This document shows positions 63,811 through 64,000 of a DNA stretch of 64,000 bases, one piece after another (position 1 is the first letter of the stretch; each line of letters opens with the position of its first letter). This DNA is from the human T2T-CHM13v2.0 reference genome, Homo sapiens. The notes beneath the pieces were generated by a model. It did not search any database. It saw nothing but the letters and a program-made list of their open reading frames with translations, and had not been told where the DNA came from. Location: the NCBI RefSeq assembly GCF_009914755.1, contig NC_060932.1; one strand, given 5' to 3'. The translations under genes were made by a program, and so were the position numbers.

Positions 63811-64000
63811 TCATTTCAGCAAATGTTTATTGTCCATATACTTCAAACCAAAAACTCTTTGAATTTTTTTTTTCAGCAATGATAGTGAACAAAAGAGATA
63901 AAAAATCCGTGCCCTTATGAAACTTATTCTTTGTATTGTAGAAACGTATTCTTGGTATTGTATGTGTATGCAGCAACTCATACAATAAGCAATATAAACA

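Overview
This is AT-rich, repeat-dense catarrhine primate (human-like) genomic DNA, either intergenic or deep intronic. I found no credible protein-coding exon, RNA gene or CRISPR array. The longer or protein-like ORFs in the track trace to Alu, L1 ORF2, LTR or simple-repeat sequence, and the rest look like chance ORFs. The window is a layered record of transposable elements: five Alus; many L1 fragments (L1M, L1PA and L1PB types, mostly on the minus strand); L2 and MIR relics; DNA transposons (Tigger3a/MER7A, MER2, MER81, a MER33-like piece, and Ricksha/MULE); and LTR elements (MER34/39-like, LTR16 with HERV16-like internal sequence, MER74, THE1D, THE1C with internal sequence, MLT1, MLT2, LTR33, MER52, LTR14B and a well-preserved solo LTR6). 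Family names come from recalled consensus sequences, not a search, and boundaries of old elements are approximate. I did not find a new biological system. The most notable signals are: (1) a perfect 15-bp fold-back at a junction where three nested elements all end; (2) several other short templated inverted duplications; (3) a roughly 1-kb palindromic minisatellite with ordered 24, 28 and 29-bp unit blocks; (4) an L1 ORF2 fragment with no 3' end or TSD; (5) an unexplained imperfect hairpin of about 120 nt next to E-box and CTCF-like motifs; (6) weak hints of a spliced non-coding transcript on the plus strand.
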